Of a stretch of DNA of 64,000 nt, positions 11,739-24,650 are shown piece after piece (positions within the stretch are counted from its first letter, which is position 1; each line of letters begins with the position of its first letter). Made by a program: the position numbers and the translations under genes. Below the pieces are notes generated by a model. The model was not told the origin of the DNA, made no database searches, and saw only the letters and a program-made list of their open reading frames with translations. The DNA is from Fistulifera solaris (taxonomy: Eukaryota): positions 2,418,001 through 2,482,000 of the forward strand of contig AP026164.1 in the NCBI GenBank assembly GCA_030295235.1, in the 5' to 3' direction.

Positions 11739-12487
11739 GTTGATGTGTTTTATGCCTTTTGCTTTTGTTTCCCTTTTTCAAACGCAAAGGTCTCACTATA
11801 TTTTTCACCGAAGCCAATTAAAACGGCAAATCCTAATGAACGAGCTGATAAAGAAAGGATGACAATGATTTGGTCGATTTTGTTCCTCTGATCAAACTTG
11901 CGTAGGAGACATTTGATTGGCATATCCCAAAATACTGGTAATACTCCGTAATAATAAAGAGTGTCAATACAAAAAAGCGCGGATGTCCTTTTTCGAGTGA
12001 CTTATTATTGTGTTACCGGCTGGTCGGACGGACACCCGTCGTGGAAAAATGTACGGCACAGTTGGGATTTTACCAAAATATCAGGAAGACAACGATCAGC
12101 ATAGTTATTCGACGTCTATATAAGCAAAATCATGTATAAACACAAACGAATGTTGCCTACAAATGGAGCAAAACGATCGGAGATACCAGGGAAGGTACCG
12201 GTAACGGCGTTAAAATTCTGCCTCGTCGTAGACGCTCCGTAGAATCTGGTACTGGGAGGCAGAATTTTATCGTCCTTCCCTGGACCCAACTATGAACCAT
12301 GTAAATTTCTCCATGAGCTCGTACCGGTATCGTACATGTTTTTACCTTCCTGCGAACCAAAGGAGTGCGAACCGCACACCGCACCTACCGCGCACCGCAC
12401 TCCTCTCCACGTAAAACAACCTCTGTAGCTTTTCATTTCATCAATCCAACGAAACAAAACAAGCATTTACCTACTTAGCAACAAGAT

Positions 12488-13268
12488 ATGCATCGACCAT
12501 TTCTATTTTTCTATTTCCTTTTATTTACCACATTGACGACGATCGAGGCATTCCATGCTTCTTTGCCGCAGTCTCAAGCGTCGCGTCTACCAACCTTTGT
12601 CGCTACACAGTCATCTTCAGCCGATGGAGAAGCACCCGAACCACAACCCGAAGGTGAATTGACAGTCTTAAAACCTTATTTACCTGCCCTCGATCCAATG
12701 TACATGCATCGCGGACCCATCGGACAAGGTACCTTTGTGATTTCGCGCACCGGAGGACCCACACTCGAAGAATTGTCGAATGCGAACATGTTACAAATCG
12801 TCAAATGCCAATGCACGGATTTGGAAGTCAATACACTGGTCTGGAAGTGTTTGGGATATCGTTACGATGAAAAGGAACAATTATGGAACGACAATGCCCT
12901 CGTCTTTCCCAATTGGCGCGAGAAATATCCGACACCGCCGGATTTCTTAGGCATGCGTCGTGTGTACGAAAAAAGACATCGATCAACCGTCCTTACGTGC
13001 CAATCAAGCCCTGGTCCGGTCCGTACCGGTCCATGCGAAGCAAAGTTTGAAAACTGCTTTGAAACCCGAAGGTTGGAAAGGATATCAATACAAAGAACTG
13101 ACACCCAACAAGACACGACGAGCGCAATGTGCCAATTGGTTAATCTTTTATCGCAATGAATTGTTTGGTTATACGTTGGAAGAATTGCGGGCGAAGCGGC
13201 AACAACAAAAAGAACAACAACAAGAACAAGAACCAACGTGGTCTCCCCCCGTGAAAGAAGTGTATTAA
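12488..13268 (+). CDS. DUF1823-like protein, probably plastid-targeted; frameshift in an A-run near 12970
   Basis: Signal peptide ending IEA-F, LVWKCLGYRY...VFPNWREKYPTPPDF, continuing in ORF 12960-13268 (ELTPNKTRRAQCANW). Confidence 0.75.
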
Positions 13269-13817
13269 TAAAAAATTACGTTTTGTATAAGCAATAGGTG
13301 CTTCATTGTCGAATTATAAGTGTGGATAAGAGTATGGGTGGCTTGGAAAGCTGGAATAATATAATACATTTCAAATACGTAATACTGTTCGTTTGAGTGC
13401 ACCGTATTCAAGTACATCACAATCGACCTACGAGAAGGTGCAGATCCTACGGGAATGATATACTTACTTCCATCGGTGCTAGAGTGTTGGTACCTGGTAG
13501 TGTTCTTACACTGTTGGAATGCATTTGAGAGTCAATTGGTACTTTGGTTGCCCGGCGAGCATGATTCACCCTAACGACATTCCGACTCAATCAATGTTCA
13601 GTCCCGGAACAGTATTCCACGTGTCTGCGCCTCGGACCGAGTACTACCTGGTACCAGTATGATTTTTTGTTTTTCGCACATTCTCTTGATTGATTTTTTC
13701 TTATACCCCGTACTTGTACAGTACCAGGGTCGTCTGTCCAAAACGAAATGATAACAAAAGCAATAAACAATACTACTACGAAACAACATGAAAGAGTTAT
13801 CATTATCATCAAAAACT

Positions 13818-15087
13818 ATGCGTCGAATCATCTTTTCTTATTCTTGTTTGTTGCGTGACATTCACAAACGCCGCGACAGAACGAGCCGGACACATTGATT
13901 TGTTGGATGCCGATACTTTGTCCTACTATTTACAATTCAATCAAAGCAACAAAGACAACGATGCATCAGTAAAACATCCGTACGATGTCGTTGTGTTGTA
14001 TTACGCCCAATGGTGTACCAATTGTCGTGCCTTGTCACCCATTTACATTCGCATTGCCGAATTGTTAAAAGCCGGGGAAGCCAAATCGAATATCATTATG
14101 GGTTATTTTGATTGTGAGGCGGATTATGAACACGCCGTTCTTTGTGAGCAAGTCGGTATTACCCATTATCCGACCCTACAATACATCTCGTTAGCACCGG
14201 ATCATCGATTGCCTCACACACAAAAGAAACTGCCATCACATGTCACACAGTTCCCCGGCAACTGGCAAGTGGGTGAATCCATTTTGGATTGGATTCGGAC
14301 CATGTCTTTCTTAAGTCAATGGCATCGGGCGTCCTGGGGAAAGGCCTTGCGTCAAGTCTTGTTTGCGAAATCATCTCATCCGCAATCCGTGTCCGAACTT
14401 CCCGTAGGATTGCCACCCCAAGTGGCGAATCAAAAACACTTACAAGCCGCCGAACAGGCCCTCAACTCGACCCAAGCATTGGTGACACGCACATCGTACT
14501 ATGTCGATGCCCTCTTGGCTCCCATGCCCTGCCGTGACACACACTGCATGACGGAATCTGCCACGCAGAATATTACTTACGTTGACGCGTATGCTTATTT
14601 AGACCACACTGCGGGATGGAGTTCCATGACACCGTCGGCACAAATTGTGCGCAGTTGTGTCTTGGAAGCGGTCCTTGATGTGTGTCAACGATTGCAAGTG
14701 CAAATTGCGGAAGTGTGGTTGTCGCAACAGAAACCGATTCCGCAAGTGGAGTATTTGACGCAAGAGCAATTGGAAAAATTCGAACCCGAAACACGACAAA
14801 TGATGGAAGAACAAGAGCCGTATTGTTTGCAGATTGATCAGTGTATCATGAAACAATTGGAACCGGTCGAAGTGTGTTTGCCACCGACGTGCCCGTTTCA
14901 AGAGACTTACAAATGTCGATATTTGACTACCTGTTTTGTGGATGCTGTGCAACGAGATTATGCGGACGCTCTCGGTGTGGAATGGAAGCCACAAAGTTCT
15001 ATAAGAGAACCAACGCAAAAGAAACAAGAAGTGAAGCAACAGGTGGACGAGCAGGCTCCCAAGAAACAAAAGTGGGGTCTTTTTTAA
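13818..15087 (+). CDS. Secretory thioredoxin-domain (PDI/QSOX-like) protein with Cys-rich C-terminal half
   Basis: VVVLYYAQWCTNC, DC, and GITHYPT cis-Pro loop. ATG 13818 gives a signal peptide with an apparent frameshift into ORF 13855. Confidence 0.75.
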
Positions 15088-15802
15088 TTATTTGAGTTAA
15101 CTAATGATAAAAACACGCAAACGTTAGTCTACGCGGCTTCTATGCGTTTGAAGGCAATCAGGCGTTTCATTTCATTCCCGCGGATGCCCTTGCCAAAGGA
15201 ACCATCGCTGCGAGTAGATATTCGTTACATTCCCTTAAAAAGAATACCGAAATTTTGCCGAATGATGAATGATTGATCTGCGAGTCTCATCACTTGAAAC
15301 CATTGATGCAATAGCTAGGTACTAGTCGTCTTGGGTTTAAGCTCCACGCAAGTCTATTCAAGGGGACGCTTCCTACCGACTTGCCCGGGAACGGTACCTG
15401 GTAACGTTGGACGAACCTCACTGGACTCGGGACTCATCATTGTGCTGAGCACGACTGAAATAAGATGCGTCACCGACACCACGTGTAGACTGAAGTCAAA
15501 AGTAGCTTTTACCGAAACTACGACACCTATGAATTACTCAAGTTTGATGCGTTTCTTATAGTTGCACTACTCACTCCTTACTGGGCCCTGGAACGAACGT
15601 GAAGAAGAATGCCATCAGATTCTGCATTTTCTTCGTGCTCTTTGCCACCGACGAAAACGTTCACGTTCCACGCCGAGCCATCAACTTTTTGTCGTGGTGC
15701 ATTTCGTGATGGGCACACATTTTCAGATTGGATTCGGAAGAGAAGTAATTCTCATTCAGAACCCAAAACACCGAATACTGATAAAAAAATCAACTTGAAA
15801 CC

Positions 15803-16549
15803 ATGAATCGTTTTGCTCCCTTTCGTTCACTCCGTCGACTGGCTGCTTCTTCAGAAGCATCTTGGTCGAAGCAAATGTCCTTCGCATCGCCCGAATCGGA
15901 TTTTGTCGCTGCTTCTCTTTCTTCTCCATCGACTACGACCGCAACTACCCGTGCGCTATCGGCGTGGTCAGGACAGCTCACATTCGCATCTGCTGAATCG
16001 GATTTCACTCAATCGAACATGATGAAAGAAATGTCTTCGTCACGATCCCTCAGCACATCATCATCATCATCACTCGGTCAGATGTGGTCGCAAACACTGT
16101 CGTTCGCTTCACCCGAGAGTGATTTCACAACATCGTGGTTCCAAACGACCGAATCGCCGCGATTGCCCCAAACGTTTGCGGAGGCTTTGATGGAAGAGAA
16201 GCGAGCTGTCGTAGTTACGACCGCCGCGAGTCCGCACAAAATTGTTCATGTCAACGCGGCGTGGGAAGGCTTGTGTGGCTATTCACGATCGGAAGCGCTG
16301 GATCGCACTCTTTCCTTGATTCAAGGTCCCGATACGAATTCCCAATTGGCATCTAGCACCGTTCAGAAGGTTCTGTCACAACAGCAAACTCACGATGCGT
16401 ACCTGATCAACTACGCCAAGGACGGTCGTCGTTTCATCAATCACCTTTCTATGGGACTTCTTTCGTTGGAAGGTGAAAACAACTTTATGGTCGGTGTTTT
16501 AGAGGAAGTGCAAGCAGAGGATGTTCCGTTACGAATGGTGTCGTATTAA
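15803..16549 (+). CDS. PAS/LOV-like domain protein with three N-terminal WSxxL/MS/TFASxESDF repeats
   Basis: IVHVNAAWEGLCGYSRSEALDRTLSLIQGPDT and LINYAKDGRRFINHL form a PAS fold. Confidence 0.85.
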   Translation: MNRFAPFRSLRRLAASSEASWSKQMSFASPESDFVAASLSSPSTTTATTRALSAWSGQLTFASAESDFTQSNMMKEMSSSRSLSTSSSSSLGQMWSQTLSFASPESDFTTSWFQTTESPRLPQTFAEALMEEKRAVVVTTAASPHKIVHVNAAWEGLCGYSRSEALDRTLSLIQGPDTNSQLASSTVQKVLSQQQTHDAYLINYAKDGRRFINHLSMGLLSLEGENNFMVGVLEEVQAEDVPLRMVSY

Positions 16550-17511
16550 CTTTCGCAAGTTGTACGAAGTACCAGATAAATGAAAGCGAATAAACATAAA
16601 CTTGAATCAAATTTAAACTAGTTCTGTGGGGTTAATATTATTAGTGGAGTTTATTTTGACGTTGAAACGCATTTCAAAAACTTTGATATTCCTTGTGTCG
16701 AAAATAATTGCGATCATCGATCATCGTTGCTTCCTGTGTAAATGTGGGTGACCTTTTTCACGACTGAAATCCAATCATGAGTCATGATTATGCCGAGCCA
16801 AACTTCATAGCAACTTCGGTTCGTTCTAAAATCTTGCTGAGCTCCTTTTGTTCTAAACAATATAAATTTACAATCAGAAAGATGTTCATCGCATGCCTCA
16901 ATTCTTTCTTCGAATATGCTTCCGGGTCGCTGCTTTCCTATGCACTCTGGCTCTAAAGTTTAATACACGACTGCAGTTCAGTCATGAATTCTATTTTGAA
17001 GTTTGAGGTGCCAGACTTCAGCCTAACGTTTTTGCCTCTTACAAACCCATTAGCTCTATCGTGTTTGCCTCTTATCCATTTATGTTTCAAATTCGTCAAA
17101 TTTCCTTACGTTTGTCCTCTTGGAACGATTGGAGGCATCTATGTGTTATTAGCTATACGATCTAGAGGAGGATTTTAGTCAATGGATGGCACCAAACAGG
17201 AGCATAACGAAGTGCATGAATGTTTTTAATGCCTTAAGCTGCCATTGTGTTGTACCTTTCACCTGACAATCGCTGTGACGCTCTGAGGATACCCGTTACG
17301 TACTGATCATTGCCAATTTTATTCCTACTACCGTATCACAAGCTTCCGCTAAAATTGACTAAAAGCAGACCTCGCTCATACTGCCCACTCTTGGACGCCC
17401 CTTCGGCTATATTTTACTATCAAGACGCATTGCATAAATGTTCTTTCTAAGATTGTGTGTCGAGCAACTCAGGAATGCATCGATTTACAATTTCTAACTT
17501 TACGTTTTTAA

Positions 17512-17886
17512 CTAGAATTGTTGCTGCGAGGCAGCTTGCTGCTTCTTTGCAAGTCGTCCCATCATTAACTCGTTCGAATCGAGCCATTTATTCGTGATAG
17601 AATAGATACAAGCGACTTCCCTTCCGGACAGTTTGGGATCTTTGGTGGCGGATGTGACGCACTTTTCAAAAGACCTTTGCGTTAAATCGGTAATCACAGT
17701 TTGAATCAGCATTTGTTGTTGCAGTGCAACGGAAAATTGTTGAAAGTCAGCCATACCACTACCGCCTCCTTGCATAGGAACGCTCGACGCAAAGTGATCG
17801 TCCGCACCGCCGTCCATGAACCCTTTTTCGGACGGCCCCGTGTCTTCTTCTTTATTTCCTCCGCCACCCAACCCGAACCAAGACAT
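17512..17886 (-). CDS. Small Tim (Tim10/DDP family) intermembrane-space chaperone-like protein
   Basis: ITDLTQRSFEKCV...LSGREVACIYSITNKWLD helix-loop-helix pattern. Confidence 0.75.
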   Translation of the reverse strand: MSWFGLGGGGNKEEDTGPSEKGFMDGGADDHFASSVPMQGGGSGMADFQQFSVALQQQMLIQTVITDLTQRSFEKCVTSATKDPKLSGREVACIYSITNKWLDSNELMMGRLAKKQQAASQQQF

Positions 17887-18558
17887 TGTGAAACTATAAG
17901 ATCCGTAATGTAAGAAGAAAGAAACGGATTAGCGATGTTTAAGTGATTTTTGAACAAGCCAGTCGTCAATACACCAAACGTGGCTCATCACTGATCATGG
18001 CGATTTTTCTCCATCCGCAAGTCCGCAAGCCGTCAACAAAAAAACGGGAAAGAAGGACGGACGAGATACCTGGTACCGTGCGTATGTAACGGGTAGTACC
18101 GGTACAGGTACCGGTTGGTCAGAAATCTCGTTCGCATTGAAAGAGGCGAGGGTTTCGCGGTTCGCGGAACGAACGAAAGATGACATAGAGTACTCTACAA
18201 GAGCTTCAATGTTCTATTCCTACATAGTCAATAAAAAGTACTTCGCACAATAGATGTGAAGCTTGCCTTCTGTTATGACGCTTTTTATCTAAAGGACAAA
18301 ACCCTCTACTTAGATGAGACTTGTACATCGTAGAAGAGTGCAAACGAAGAATGACGCGTTACTCCGCCATAGGCGCAGGCCCAATTCGTTCTCATCGCGA
18401 AGCCCAACAACCAACCTTGGCAAACGGCAAAGGGCAACATGATTTTGCCAGGTAATTATGCTCGGCTGTCTACAAGAATGTGTCTGCAGTAAATACCAAG
18501 AACGAACAAACGCATTAGTCACAATATTCAAAACAAACGCTAGTGAAACAAGTGGAGA

Positions 18559-20603
18559 ATGATGAGGAAATTAAACCGTGTATGGCTCGCAATTTGGTGG
18601 CTGCAATGGACGACGAACGTAGCGCGAGGCCAATCGAGGCTTCGCTTCGGAATGATCAGTGGAGCTTCGACTTATTACGAGGACATACGTGAGGGATGGG
18701 AAGCTGCCTGTGCGGTTCGCGGAGTTTATTGCGAATATATTACATTACAAGAGCAAGAAAACTGCGATGCCGAGCAAGAAATTTTAGATTTGTGGACGGA
18801 AGAAGGATTTGATGGTGTTGCCCTCAAATCCTGCGAAGCTTCCGACGACACATTCATTATCGATCACTTCACCGAACAAGGCTTGCCAATTGTGACGTTT
18901 GATAGAGATGTATCCAATTCAACGCGACTTTCGTACGTTGGAACTCGGCAAGGATTCGTGGGCGAGACCATGGCACGAATTCTTCGTCAGATGCGACCCG
19001 ATGGAGGTACATTTGGAGTAATTTGCAAGCAACCCGGAAGGTACGAAAGCTTCGTAAGAGCAATTACCAAGTACAACAATGTCGATAATAGAGGACATTG
19101 GTTTGAAATTCCTCAGCCGTATGATCAAGAGGAAGGAGATTTGGATAAAGCGCCTTTCTTTATGCAATTAATGGAAAGGTTCGTGGAATTACAACCATCT
19201 GCGCTGCTTTTCATGTGCCAATTACCCATGGAAGACGAAAATTGGACCGGTTTTGTGGACAAGTATCGTGACAGAAACATTACCCTGATTGGTGTGGGCG
19301 GCGCGGGTTTTCAGCTCGAATACTTGAATAAGCGGTATGTAGACGGTTTAGTGAATCAGATACCCTTTGAGATTGGGTCCCGGTCTCTTGAAGTGCTACA
19401 TGACTTTACGGCCTACAATGTACAACCCAAGGACGGTGTTGGCTTAAACTTGGTCGCATACAACCTAATCCCGATTGAGCTTCCTCCTTTGACGGTTGAC
19501 AACAATCTGATCGGGAATCTCAAGTACCTCGGATACACGGCATTTGGTGTAGTCGTACTTTGTGTGCTCTTTTGTGTCGCATGGACTATTCACTACAGAC
19601 AGAACCTTGTTGTAAAAGCAGCACAGCCCTTCTTCTTGCTCATGGTGACGGTGGGAGTGCTGATTCTGGCCAGCAGTTTGATACCGCTCTCCCTGGATGA
19701 CGACGGTGACGACAGTACCAAGAGCACCACGTATCGTGTGGGTGTCTGCATGAGTGTTCCATGGCTAGCATTTATAGGCTTTACCGTCACATTCTCTGCT
19801 TTGTTTAGCAAGACCTGGAGAGTGAACCGAATTATCCACGCAAAGGCGACCCTATCGCGAATGAAAGTCGAAACGAAGGATGTGTTAGGACCTTTCTTTT
19901 GTTGCTTACGTGTAATATACTTGTGTTAACGCTGTGGACGGTGTTGGATCCACTAACGTACACTCGCAACAAGAACGAAGGAACGGATTACTGGAACCGT
20001 GTCATCTCGACACATGGGTCGTGCGAATCCGACAAGGCACATGCGTTCTTGGCCCCGCTGGCGGGGATCAACTGGAGCGTGATAGTCATTGCTTGTTATC
20101 AAGCCTATGAAGCACGATCCATTAAATCTGAATTTTCCGAGGCGAAATACATCGGTCTTGCTCTGTTCTCCCTATTTCAAGCATTCATTACCGGCATTCC
20201 TGTGCTGGTTATTGTTCGTGACAGCCCACAAGCGTATTACATTTCGCTTTCACTTATGATTACGTTGCTATCGCTTGCCGTCCTGGTTTTAATTTTTGTG
20301 CCCAAGATTTCGATGCAACGGCAGTACGCTGGATTGTCGGAAGCGGAGCAGCGAAGAAAGTTGCAGAGCAGTGTGATTCGGTCCTCAAACGATCGAAGCA
20401 GCTCGCAATTTGCCAACCACCTGCGTTTTGAACGCATTAGTGGAGATATCAGTACAAGTTCGTTTCGAAAATCGGCCGATGCACTTCCTGGGCGCAGTTC
20501 TGATTTCAAGTCTACGCACGAAACGACCTTGGCGGCAACAGCGATCGGGGTCATTGTCGAAGAGGTACCGAACAAGGCCTTGGTCCGTCGGCACTCGCTG
20601 TAA
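18559..20603 (+). CDS. Class C (GABA-B-like) GPCR with a periplasmic-binding-protein ectodomain; frameshift near 19897
   Basis: Signal peptide, GLPIVTFD..R..YVGT binding-protein motif, KAAQPFFL, FSALFSKTWRV, SEFSEAKYI and IFVPK; seven hydrophobic segments. Confidence 0.9.
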
Positions 20604-20871
20604 GTTCCGTACTTGTCCTACGAATACAGCGCGCTGACACGCAGCGGTCGATCTACAAATGTCGGTTAGATAGAGTATGTTATGCGCCTATGCTTCCACG
20701 ACGCAAAGAGTGCGTCTCGGGTTCACTTCTATATCTTTCGTTCAAAAGTGCGCACGATTTCACAACAAATTCAAAAATATCGACGTGTGCACACTCCGAT
20801 CCTACAGTAGTATCAAGAGTTAATGTAATAATACTGGTTTTTGTCTTTAGTTCGACTGATCTTACGGGGTT

Positions 20872-21318
20872 TTATCGAACAACGTCAAGGCAAAATGCAG
20901 TGACTCGATCTATGATAGCTTTCATTTGTTCTCTAGACTGCTGTTGTGGCTGTTGCAACGTGATTCCCAGAATTAAATTCGATTGAGGTAGGGCCGCTAA
21001 AATCTGACGGGCATACACCGCATACATGGGCTCGTCGTGGCCCAACAGCGTGGAAGTATTGTACTCCAGTGTTTGGCCCTCGGGTCCTTGCAACGAAGAG
21101 CAGCTCAGAAAGGTACCAATTTTCCCCGACATTTGACTAATGCACACCATGACGGTATCTTCAAAGTATTGAACAAAGAAATCGGTTTCAAAAGAATCGA
21201 CGACTTCCGTAACTGAAGCTGTCCGCGGCAAAGAACCGGGCTCGGGTGATAAATTCGAAGATGATTTCGTATCCGAAATGGAGAGTGTTTCGAGGGATTT
21301 TTGTATATTACTTTTCAT
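20872..21318 (-). CDS. Proteasome assembly chaperone 3 (PAC3/PSMG3)-like
   Basis: TDFFVQYFEDTVMVCISQ-GKIGT, TLLG, VYARQI and LILGITL blocks. Confidence 0.75.
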   Translation of the reverse strand: MKSNIQKSLETLSISDTKSSSNLSPEPGSLPRTASVTEVVDSFETDFFVQYFEDTVMVCISQMSGKIGTFLSCSSLQGPEGQTLEYNTSTLLGHDEPMYAVYARQILAALPQSNLILGITLQQPQQQSREQMKAIIDRVTAFCLDVVR

Positions 21319-21809
21319 TATGAAGCTGATAGTGAATTACGAGCCAAATAAGTAATAGCGTTATTCAATTGCGACACTATCGACGTGTTGAAGTAAAGGG
21401 TTCATCATTATTGCTACGAAGAAATGGATGCGACAGAAAATAAAGCTCATTATTTGTCGTGGCGGCTTAAAAAAAAAAAGGTGAGCAGGTTCACGAACCG
21501 TACCAAGTACAGACATGGATCAGTTTCCGCGATCCGCGAACCCTTGTGACACTTGACTATGACGATGATTGTGAAGGGAACTTTCTGTCCCCCGGTAGTA
21601 TTGAAAAACATGATGGGCTGGATAGTACTAAAATCGGGAATTCAAATAGCAAACGAAAATGTGAGCGATCGCTACAGTTTCGCCGATCTGGGTCGTCACA
21701 AAGAAAAAAGCATCGATCATTTGCATCAAATGCGATCACTCAGCAAAATCATTTTCATCCCAGCTTTACCTTTCATCCATTTCCCCCGCAGTTCTTCACG
21801 GCAGCTACA

Positions 21810-22958
21810 ATGGTGATCCCCAAAGGTGGTCTTTTCTCTCCAAAATCTCCGCGTTATTACTACAGGCGGTCCGAAGATGATGCCTCGACCGTTAAGACGG
21901 GCAGCTCGGTGATTTCGCTGAACAAGGGCAGAGATCGTACTTACAGCAGAGGGAGATCACGTTTCGATGACACACACGACGAATACGACACCATCTCTCC
22001 AGACGACTCTTCACTAGACCGACAGATATTCTTTCCATCCAACACACGGTCGAAAAGCCGCAGTAGACTTCATCTCTCCAGTTCGGACATGTCAGCCACT
22101 CGATCTCGCGACGAAAGCGCGGCATCACCCGATGAGCGTCATAGTCGAAGTAGATCCAAATCCAGGTCTCGACTGGCGCCATCCTCGTCCATGATGTCAG
22201 AATCATCGACCATGACTTCCCGAGTGACATCAAAACTCAACAAACTGGCGGCTTCCATCCGAACACGAGATAGTCCAAAAGCCGCCGCGAAACGTGATCA
22301 TCTTCAAGACGAAAAGAAAATACTGAAACTCATTACGGATGGTCTCTGGAGCCACGACCCCAAAGTCATCGAAGACGTTCTCAACAAACTCAGCAATCTC
22401 ATGTTCACGGTCGACGAAGAACTCAAGACTTTTCGGAGGGATGCCATATTTCAATCCGGGGGACACTTGGCCATCGTCCAAGCCATGCGACGCAATAGCA
22501 AGCATAAAGGAATTGCCACCCAAGGTTGTCGAGCTCTCGCCAATTCTACCTGGGAAACCTCGGACTTCATGACAGCCATCGCGGCTGTCGGAGGAATTGG
22601 TGTTATTTTGGAATGCATGGAACAGTTTCCGCACGACGAGCTGGTGCAAATCTGTGCCGTTTGTGCGCTGCGTAATCTCAGCTCCATGAAACGGATCGCG
22701 AGTATCATCTTGGAACGAGATGGTCTCAAAACAGTGCTCACCGCGATGCAAACATTTAAAACGAATAGCAACATCCAAGAATGCTGTTGTTGGACTATAG
22801 CACATCTTTGTCTGGATAAAGACAACAAATCGTACATTGAAAAAGGAAAATGTCTGCAGTGGATTGGAGCAGCCGTCGATAATCATCCAAATGAAACGGA
22901 TGTGTTAGCTTCTGCCAAGCAAGCCAGCAAACGTATCTGGGAGATTATTCTGGCCTAA
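21810..22958 (+). CDS. Armadillo-repeat protein (paralog A) with S/R-rich N-terminus
   Basis: GGHLAIVQAM, GCRALAN, VGGIGVILECM and CCWTIAHL ARM repeats; first ATG at 21810. Confidence 0.8.
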   Translation: MVIPKGGLFSPKSPRYYYRRSEDDASTVKTGSSVISLNKGRDRTYSRGRSRFDDTHDEYDTISPDDSSLDRQIFFPSNTRSKSRSRLHLSSSDMSATRSRDESAASPDERHSRSRSKSRSRLAPSSSMMSESSTMTSRVTSKLNKLAASIRTRDSPKAAAKRDHLQDEKKILKLITDGLWSHDPKVIEDVLNKLSNLMFTVDEELKTFRRDAIFQSGGHLAIVQAMRRNSKHKGIATQGCRALANSTWETSDFMTAIAAVGGIGVILECMEQFPHDELVQICAVCALRNLSSMKRIASIILERDGLKTVLTAMQTFKTNSNIQECCCWTIAHLCLDKDNKSYIEKGKCLQWIGAAVDNHPNETDVLASAKQASKRIWEIILA

Positions 22959-23508
22959 AACGTGGTCAAGAAACTTGTGGCTACTGCAAATAGAATAAGA
23001 GTATATGTAACTTTCATAATCTTCTATCGCCCTCATTATTTTCCAAGCTGCCTACCTTATATCACTGAAGAACTGTGATTGTTTTTAATTTGCTTACATG
23101 GAGCCGTTCTCTCGCGTATTGTAACGGATTTCATTTTCAGGGCTTACATCCTCAGCAGATTCTTAATGGCTTTGGAAACAAGAACTAATAAAATGGTGGG
23201 TAATTTGATATTCAAAGACGAAACGGAGCTCGTAGGACCTCTAGATTTATTGCCATCGATGAACGCATAAGATCATTTCCGGGACTGAATATAAAGTAAG
23301 TCCGAAGCCTTACGCAATACTCCATACCAGGTATCCCTACCTAGTATTGATATGAAAAATTTATATAACGAGCTTACCGGTACCCAACGGAAACTTGTCT
23401 ATCGCCAAGAAACTGATTCTGCACCATAAATAATCGCCGATCAAACCATTACATCCATCGCATCTCATTAACAACGGAGCAAACGACACACACACTAAAG
23501 CGTCGACC

Positions 23509-24517
23509 ATGCTGAGATTCGGGCGTGGCAAACCTTTACGTGAACGTGACGAAGAAGTTGTTCTCCGCTTGAATCTCAACGGAGTTAGAGATCGTCGGAA
23601 ACACCAGCAACAGAATGAAGAGCAAAGCAAAAGACTTTGAAACATCATCGCGACGAAAAAAGGCAAGATGATCATTTAACCATTGCTTCTCGGTGGTCAC
23701 GCACCTCTCCTGGTCATCCTCCGAGACACCGAAACGAAACGCCGAGAACCGAGAGCTGCAATCACCGGCAAGCCTCTCGACAAGCTCCGATCACCATAGC
23801 TTGAATAGTAACTTTTCAGGAAACAAAGACAGAAAGGACGGCGAAGAGAATGCTATCCAACGACTGATCATTGACGATCTCTGGAATGACAACCCGGCGA
23901 TTGTAGAGAAGGGCTTGAAGACGCTCTCGGGTATTGTAGGCACGAAGAAAACGGAGATTGATGAAAAGTCATATCGTGAGATTATTTTCCGGGCTGGTGG
24001 GCATCTTGCGATCGTCCAAGCGATGAAGAAACACAAAACGTCGGAGGCGGTCCAGAAAGAAGGGTGTAGGGCGCTTGGGATTGCTGCCGAAGAAATTATT
24101 GACACGACTTCGCATGACAACGCGATCGCCACGGTGGGGGGAATCGACGCAATTCTATCAGCGATGCGGAACTTTCGCAACAATGAGCAAGTACAGGATT
24201 TTGGATGTGGAGCACTACAGAATTTAACAGGTGTAAAAGAGAATTCCAAGCTTTTGATTGAAAAGGATGGTTTGGCAGTCCTTCTTATGTCAATGAAAAC
24301 TTTCCCGCAAAGTGTAAATGTGCAAGAAAGTGCTTGTTGGACAATCGTCAATCTTTGTCTTCGGAAAGAGAATAGGTCTAGGATAGAAAAGGCTAGGTGT
24401 CTGAGTACTGTTGCTTCTGTCATCGACAATCATCCGAGAAGTCCCCAACTCAAGGTGGCAGCACAAGAGGCACTTCAACACCTACTCTTGCTTCTAATTT
24501 CAGAGCGTGATAAGTGA
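23509..24517 (+). CDS. Armadillo-repeat protein (paralog B); 5' frameshifts
   Basis: Same repeats as paralog A (GGHLAIVQAM, GCRAL, VGGIDAIL, ACWTIVNL). ATG 23509, main ORF 23693-24517. Confidence 0.8.
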
Positions 24518-24650
24518 AAGTTGAAGTTGAACGGCTTCTACATTTATGACGTAGCTTGGCAACTATAGGAACAGCAACGTAATTATAAACTTTTCTCTTG
24601 AGCATCGGACGCATCAGCGATAGAGACGCTCCCAGTATGACTGTTCGACT

